In this document: positions 56,525 through 64,000 of the stretch, piece by piece | Numbering within the stretch: position 1 is the stretch's first letter | Layout of the letters: the number at the start of each line of letters is the position of its first letter | Source of the DNA: Anolis carolinensis | Taxonomy: Eukaryota | Reading direction: 5' to 3' | Assembly (NCBI RefSeq): GCF_035594765.1 | Contig: NC_085845.1 | Location: forward strand, 83,074,024-83,138,023 | DNA: 64,000 nt | Made by a program: the position numbers and the translations under genes | Notes under the pieces: generated by a model | Told to the model about the DNA's origin: nothing | The model's database searches: none | What the model saw: only the letters and a program-made list of their open reading frames with translations

Positions 56525-57539
56525 TATTTGACTCATTATTTTTTATTTTGTAAAGAAACATAATACATCGAAAGTGGTGGAACAATATATTATAGGAAAG
56601 TCAGGGAGGTGAAAGGGTTCTGAAAACAGGTGAAGAGAGAAAACCGGAGAGGGAAAAAAAGAAAGAAAAGAAAAGAAAAGGAAAAGAAAGAAAAAAAAAA
56701 GATAAAAAAATTAGTTGACTTCCCATCTTGACCTCGGAGTTTTCTCTTTCGTTGATTACATATTGGTATTTTCCCTTAGTCTCTTTTCGCTTAAACCGTT
56801 TTATATTGTAGATAAGTCTATCGTGAAGTCCATTCTTCTTTTTATCAATAATTTTATGAAGTTTGTCCAGTCTGTTTTATTTTTACCCTCTCATATTTTT
56901 TGTGTTAGCTTATCCATTTGTATCATGTCTAAGATTCTGATTAACCATTCCTTGGGAGTAGGAAGTTTTTTTCCCTTTCCAGACTTTCGCTATTGTTAGT
57001 CTGGCCGCTGTGCTTATGTAGAAAAATATTCTGTCCTCATTTTTTAAAAATTTTGAATTTGTAAAGCTTAGTAAATACATTTCAGGTTCTAATTTAAATT
57101 TGATTCCTATGATTTCCTGTGTTATTTGATGTATTGTCTTCCAAAATTCTTTTAATTTCTCACAGGTCCACCACTGATGAAAAAATGTCCCAATTTTTTC
57201 CCCACATTTCCAACACATATCAGATTTCCTTTTATTAAATTTTGATAATTTTTCTGGGGTGTAATACCATCTGTATTGCATCTTGTACCAGTTTTCTTTA
57301 ATATCTGTTGCAGCTGTATATTTTAGTTTCTCTTTCCAAATTTTTTCCCATTGTTCCAAATTCAAACTATGGCCTATGTCTTTTGCCCATTTTATCATAC
57401 ATTCTTTTATGTATTCCTCTTCTGTTGCCCATTTTAGTAGTTGTTGGTATAATATTTTTATTAACTTTTGGTCTTTTTTCATTATAATTTCCCATGTTCC
57501 CCGTTCTTGTTTGAATCCCTTTTTAGCATCTTCTTTAAA
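56525..57539 (-). mobile_element. L1-clade LINE, 5'-truncated
   Basis: ORF2 C-terminus with CWKC...H..WTC. 19-bp TSD GCACAATCAAAGCACTCTT at 56506-56524 and 57540-57558. Confidence 0.9.
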
Positions 57540-58139
57540 GCACAATCAAAGCACTCTTGACATGAAAGTACTATATTGGCATCTAGTGAAACTGCTTTAA
57601 ATCCAGTGTGATATGATGTAGGGTGTTCCTGATAACAATCTGGCTAACTGCAAATTGCACTGGCTGCGGCCTCTGAGTCATGTTCAAGGGCACCTTGGGT
57701 GTCTTGCAATATTCTGATAGGAAAGTCACTCATGAATGAACTATGGGACCAGATTGTTCCTCTCCAAGATTGGTTGTAGCTGGCCCCAGGCACTCTGAGG
57801 TGTGCTATCTGCCCAGGCCTCCAGTGACAGAGATGTGTCCAGGAACACCGCACAGACTGATTCTTCAGGGAAGTGAGACTTTATCCAGGCCAGGTTCCTT
57901 ACTCAGTTCTTGGGCCTGAGAGACATCCATTCACAGAGCCTCCATCTCATAGGGATTCCATTTCAATTCAATGGCCTCTTCAATTGCTGGAGCACATAGA
58001 GGAGAGTTTCAAAGAAAATATTTATTTTATTTTATTTATACTTCATTTTTTCTCTCCAAAAAAAGAGTTGTGACTGGAAGCAAACTGGCAGCCAGTGGAG
58101 CTGCTGCAAGAGGGGGGGAGGGTTGTCTGCTCTCTATAG

Positions 58140-59840
58140 CCAGCCCCAGTTAGCAACCTGGCTGCAACTCTGGACCAGCTGAAGTTTCCGAACACTCTTC
58201 AAAGGCAGCCCCACATAGAGTGCAATACAGTTATCCAGATGGGATGTAACTAAGGCATGTATTACTGTAGCCAGATCCGATATCTCAAGGAATGAGCACA
58301 GTTGGTGCACAAGTGTTAATTGTTCAAAGGCCCTCCTGGCTATCGCAGATACCCGGGCCTCCAGATTCAACGCTGAGTCCATGAGGACCCCCAAACTGCA
58401 GACCTGTGTATTAAGGGGGAGGATGACCCAGACAGCACAGGTTGGATCCCTAATGCCTCTAAATCAAGACAAGGTTCCCACAGCCTTGAAAGAAACCATG
58501 GTGAGACCTTTGTTGAAAAACAATCCCCAAATCCCACCAATCTGGACAACTATAGGCCAGTGTCAAATTTGCCATTTATTAGCAAGATCTTGGAAGGGTG
58601 GTGGCCAAACAACTCCAAGGATTTTTGGATGACCCTGATTTTCTAGATCCTTTTCCATCCAGCTTCAGGCTAGAACATGGGATGGAAACTGCTTAGATCA
58701 CCTTAGTGGATGATCCTTGGGGGGAATTGGATAGGGGGAGTGTGACCCTGCTGATCCTCCTAGACCTCTCAGCAGCTTTCGATACCATCAATCATGGTAT
58801 CTTTCAGGAGCGACTGAAGGGGATGGGACTTGGAGGCACTACACTACATTGGTTCTGGTCCTTCCTCAGGGGCCATCTCCAGAATATGGTGTTGGAGGAT
58901 CCTGCTCAGCCCCATGGCCTGTGGAATGTGGTGTCCTGCAGGGCTCATCAATATCCCTGATGTTATTTAACATCTACATGGTAGCACTTGAAGAGATCAT
59001 CTGGAGTTTTGGAGTTCGGTACCATCTAAATTAGTGATTCTCAACCTGAGGTCCCTAGATGTTTTTGGCCTACAATTCCCAGAAATCCCAGCCATTTTAC
59101 CAGCTATTAGGGCTTCTGGGAGCTGAAGGCCAAAAACATCTGAGGACTCCAGGTTGAGAACCACTGATCTAGATGATGCCCAGTTCTATTACTCCTTTCC
59201 ATCAGATGCCAAGGAAACAGTTCCGCACATGAACCATTGCCCGAGAGCAGTGATGGACTGGGTGAAAGCAAACAAATTGAAGTTTAATCCAGATAAGACA
59301 GAGATACTGTAGGTCTCACGTAGGATTGATCCTGAGATTTCTGGTGGAGTGTAACCTCATCCAAGTCAAGTTGAGTTGGATGGGGTTACATTCCTCCCAG
59401 AAATCTCAGGTTCACTACTTGGGGGTGATCCTGGACTCTGCCCTACATGGTTTTGGTCTAGGCTACTTGATACACCATCTACGTTGTCTACTAGGTAGTA
59501 TCCATGCAATTCTTTTGGGCTGTTTAATGTTGCTGTGAGTCGCCTTGGGTCTATTGGGAGAAAGGCAAGCTAGAAATACCCGAAATAAATAAATAAATAA
59601 ATAAATATTATTGATCTGCCTTCCGACTGACCAGGAGTACCTCTGTCTTGTCTGGATTAAGTTTCAATTTGTTTGCCCTCATCCAATCCATTACTGATGA
59701 CAAGCACTGGTTTAGGATCAGGACAGCATCCTTGGCATTAAGTGGAAAGAAATAGTGGAGTCGGGTGTCATCTGCATGTAGGTGGCACCGCACTCAAAAA
59801 CCCTGGATGACCTCTCCCAGTATATGTTAAACATATACAT
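58140..59840. mobile_element. Cluster of rearranged L2 fragments on both strands, with a hAT MITE at 59032-59166
   Basis: LLDLSAAFDTI, HADD and LKLNPDKTEV motifs. MITE TSD is ATCTAAAT / ATCTAGAT. Confidence 0.75.
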
Positions 59841-60989
59841 GAAAAATGGGGGGCGGGGGCGGGGTTAAATCAGAAATAGCTAAACCCTCTTCAACCTGTT
59901 TGGACAGGAGGCCCCCAGAACAGCTATATGCACATAGGTGGTCACACATATATATAACAGGTAATGTATCTCCAACCCAGTGGGGTATAACCAGATTCCT
60001 AAACAGTGCAATTTGTCTTGCCTTGTTCCTTTTCTCCTCTCTGGATTCCAAGCTGTTCTTGATACAGAAAATGAACATTCCTGTCTTCGCTGAAACAATA
60101 AGCAGAGAAGGTCACAAACATAATAGCTGCTGTTAACCCAGCAGGTTGTGCTTCAGGAACAAGTTCACAGGTTTACTAGATAACTGATGTTAATTATTAT
60201 CTCTCTTCTAGCTGAATCAATAAACATAAAAGCATAACTACTGAAAATGACTTTCCATCATTTAAGCTACCTTTTCATCAAGCCTCTTGCTAGCTCCTGG
60301 AGCATCATTCAGTAACATATTAATGAAGGTGTGGGATGAGAGATGAATGGAAAGTTTGGGACCAGTGTTGTCTGATGTTTTTGAGTGGGCAGCACCTGGA
60401 AGGCTTTAGACATGATTTTCATGTGGGACTGATTATCAAACTAGAATACGAAAATAATTCCCTCCGCCCACTCATATACAAGCCACGCTCTCCACAAATG
60501 CATAACAGTATCAAATATTATAATGGGTACTCGCAAATGTGCCAACGTCTTTCTTATTGAACAAATAATTTCAGAATCCAAGAGTAGTGATTGCACTTTT
60601 TCTAGTGCTGCACAATGGTGGTGAAGGAAGACAGACGAAGGCTGAAGTCCCGCTGATGACACGTGACAACATAGCAATCCATTATTCCAGCATAAGTCAC
60701 TTTTTCAAAATGGGAGGAGTGGCACTCGGGACAGCAGGAAAAGAGGACTGAAAGCTAGATGGGCTTCTTTGCCTCCTGATGAAGGGAGCTTTTGTTTCAA
60801 TCCCCATCCTTTGCAAGGTCCATTTCCCTAAAAAATAATGCAAGTATTTTAAATAGACAGCAAGACACCAGGAAAAAAAATTCAGGGATGGAAAATGTGA
60901 GATTTCTAGGCTTGAACCTGGAGAATAATGGTTTTTTGCTAATTAAAAAACTTTACGCTTGATAAAGTTAAGTAATGAAATAGACACCT

Positions 60990-61140
60990 AGTAGACACCT
61001 ACTAGGTCTTGTGGCCAGCATGACTGCATGGAGTACCGTTACCTTCCTGCCGAAGCGGTACCTATTGATCTACTCACATTTGCATGTTTTTGAACTGCTA
61101 AGTTGGCAAAAGCTGGAGCTAGCAATGGGAGCTCACTCTG
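60990..61140 (-). mobile_element. Sauria SINE fragment
   Basis: Reverse-complement match to the core of 13027-13352. Confidence 0.75.
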
Positions 61141-61484
61141 TGCCGTCGATGTCATCATCATCATCATCATTTAATTACTTATTAATCGCCCTCCATCCAC
61201 GATGCTCTAGGCGATTTACAAGATATGAATATATATGAATATATATTGTGACATACACATTTTTAAAATTAAAATCAGAATGTAGGTTTCTACTAACATC
61301 TAATAGATGTTGACCTTGAAGGAGCGCGCGGGGGGGGGGGGGGGCGACGGCTAACAGGGAGCTCTGGCGTGGGTCACGAAGAGTGAGAAGCGACTGAATG
61401 AAATAGAACAACTATCACACGGGCAGTAGTAATATTTAAAGTACAATTTATTTGAGTAATCTGCATTCAATTCAGGGTACTTTA

Positions 61485-61880
61485 CTGTATATACTCGAGT
61501 ATAAGCCTAGTTTTTCAGCCCTTTTTTAGGGCTGAAAAAGCTCCCCTCCACTTATACTCGAGTGAGGGTCCTGGCCAGCTTCTATTCAGGTCGGCTTATA
61601 CTTGAGTACATAGGTATTCAGAGTTGGACAGTCTTATCTTATTAAAGTCTTATTATTATCTTAAATTACAGTTTTATATAAATATTCAAAAACATTTAAC
61701 CTACTGATGCCTCAAATAATGCAATTTTATTAATATCTATTTTTATTTTTCAATTTGACCCGTAGCTGCTGCATTTCCCACCCTTGTCTTATACCCGAGT
61801 CTATAAGTTTTCCCAGTTTTTGTGGTAAAATTAGGTGCCTCGGCTTATATTCGGGTCAGCTTATACTCGAGTATATACGG
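61485..61880. mobile_element. Non-autonomous Tc1/mariner-pogo element
   Basis: TIR C(T/C)GTATATACTCGAGTATAAGC at both ends, with TA flanks. Confidence 0.85.
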
Positions 61881-63060
61881 TAAGTGTCCAGCTTCAATGT
61901 GTGTATTTGGTGAGAATCTGCAAGAATATTCTGTCACATGGTGTTAATTTTTTTGCGGCTGATCATCTTTTTAAAAAATATCCTGTGAAAATAACAATTG
62001 TACTTTGGGCTCTTTGACAGATTTCTTCCTACATTCATATGGAGAACAAAAAGACATACAGTATTTATATATTTTGTATAGCTTATGTTAAAACAGAGGT
62101 CCCCAAACTAAGGCCCGGGGGCCGGATGCGGCCCTCCGAGGTCATTTACCTGGCCCCCGCCCTCAGTTTTATAATATAATATATTGTATATACATATAAT
62201 ACAGTAGAGTCTCACTTATCCGACTTCCGCTTATCCGACACTCCGTATTATCCGACGCCATCTAGTGGCCAATTGGAAACATTGCATCCTTCACTCAATC
62301 CAAGGTGAGAGCTGTGGCTCTTTCCCTTTCGAAAAAACTGGAAGGAGGAAAACGCATCTCCGAAGGGAAGGGAGGGAAGGGGGGTGAATCATCCCATGGG
62401 GGGCCATTTATATGCGAGGGAGGGAGGGAGGAGGGGGAAAAAAGGAAACGCATGGCTCTTCCTCCCTCTTTCTCTTGGTGCAGGCAGAGCCTCGTGTCTC
62501 CAAACCGGCCTTGTTTCCAAATCAATGGCTCGTGATTGGAAGGAAAGAATGGGGAGGGAGAGAAGCCAAAGCAGCTGGCTGCCTTCTGTAATCTCCTTTC
62601 CTGGGTGGGTGGGCGGAGGACCCCCCTTTCCTCCTGCACACACACACACATTTTGCTCCAGATCCCCCTCTCTCTCTCCTTCCTTTTTCTCCCCCACGCA
62701 CTCTTCTTCCTCCTCCTCCTCCTCCTCCCTCTTCTCCCTCTTTTACCCCTGTCAGCCTTGCAGCAACTTGCACTTCTGTCTTCCTCCTCATCCTCCTCTT
62801 TTAACCCAAGCAAGAATCATTAGAGGCATAGCACCCTAGAAACACAAGAGACCCCCTCCTCCCTTCAGAGGCTCTCCAGCCCAGCCCCGTTCTGCCAGGC
62901 TGGAAGGCACAAGCCAAGCCCTCCTCCCAACACAGAGCCACCCAGCTCCAGGTGAGATTCTGGAGACAGTTGACCAATATCAAATATTTAGCAAATTTTT
63001 GTTTCCCAGTGTTGCCATTGCTCTGCTCAATATGGGATTCTAGAGATGATTAATCTACAG

Positions 63061-64000
63061 TTTTTTCTTCGTGTACTCTGTGAATGCACACTAATGGAGA
63101 GGCTGCGCCTGCGCAGGTCCCAACGGAAAACTCTTCCCAAGCTGAAGTTTAAATTTAGGCGGTAGCCACGCCCCTCCGTCCCCGGAGGGCATATAAGGCA
63201 GCCCTCGGCGTCTCCTCCCCAGTTCCTTTTTTTCCGCCGCAAGGTTCACTTCGGATTCTCATGTCTACGACTCGCTTCAAGCGTTGCACTCAGTGTGCCG
63301 CTAAAATTCCTGATTCCGACGGCCACGCCAAGTGCCTCTACTGCCTCGGGGAGGCACATGTCGTCGGTACCTGCCGTTTCTGCCTGGCCCTAACGGCCCA
63401 GGCTAGGAAAAATAGAGCCGCGAGGCTTAGAGCGGCGCTCTACGAAAAATCGCTTGCCCCTGAACCCGCTCCGTCGACTTCAGGCACGAAGCCGCCGCTT
63501 GATCCGGGATCGATGTCGGCTCCAACAGCTAAAGCTCCCTCGGTCTCGTCTAAGGCGTCCAGAGCCTCCAGATCGTCTAAAGCCGCTAAACCACCGTGCA
63601 CACTCACCACGGCCACGGTGTCGACACGTTCTGGTCGGGTCGGCCCTTCCTCGACATAGAGCTCGGTGGCTTCCGTATCCTCGGCTCGATCCCATCTCGG
63701 GGCTCCTCCGTCGACCTCTGCGATGAAGATCGCCCTTAAAAGGGCTCATGAGGAAGCTCGTCGGACCCAATCCGACTCAGCAATGGTCCCTCCCACACCG
63801 GGTAAATCCCTGAGGGTTCCATCGAAACAACCGCTCGCTAAGAAGAGGGCAACCCAACGCTCTTCCTCTTCTGCTTCCTCCAAGATGGACGTCCTTTCTT
63901 CGGCGACTTCCTCTAGGAGATCCTCTCCAATCGCTCCCGCTCAGCGACCTCGCCAACCTTCTCCTCAGCAACTTTCTGATGGCGAGTTGCAGGACTCACC
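63061..64000 (+). mobile_element. DIRS-type (tyrosine recombinase) retrotransposon, 5' end with ORF1
   Basis: ORF at 63261 begins FKRCTQC...DGHAKCLYCLGEAH...CRFC, a DIRS ORF1 zinc-finger-like motif, followed by a Ser/Pro-rich tract. CpG-rich, with TATA at ~63192. The element runs off the window. Confidence 0.75.

Noticed and set aside
59850-60700. Unique-looking block with short ORFs on both strands; possible exon or UTR of a neighbouring gene
   Set aside because: No recognisable homology or convincing splice-site pair; it cannot be supported without a search.
62295-62840. Overlapping 90-170 aa ORFs rich in R/E/G or S/P/L
   Set aside because: They arise from low-complexity purine and pyrimidine tracts inside a probable transposon interior.

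Overview
This is vertebrate genomic DNA from a squamate reptile, probably an Anolis lizard, judged from Sauria SINE, Bov-B/RTE, CR1, L2, Helitron, hAT and Tc1 MITEs and a DIRS element. The left part (1686-15453, minus strand) holds coding exons 1-9 of DLD (dihydrolipoamide dehydrogenase). All nine have GT-AG boundaries and there is a CpG-island promoter; exons 10 onward lie beyond the left edge. Head-to-head with DLD is the main feature: a tandem array of three intact, intronless PKDREJ-like polycystin-1-family genes on the plus strand (A 2582 aa, B 2556 aa, C 1832 aa). The copies have diverged in complementary ways. A and B keep a long ectodomain but have more divergent channel regions, and B has lost its conserved C-terminal tail through a frameshift. 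C has two in-frame ectodomain deletions (~650 and ~160 aa) but the most PKDREJ-like channel and tail. All three share a small upstream module with an RFX X-box-like site and TCTAGAAT about 85 nt before the ATG. The rest of the window is dense, often nested, transposable-element sequence. Family names come from recognition and recall, not from database searches.
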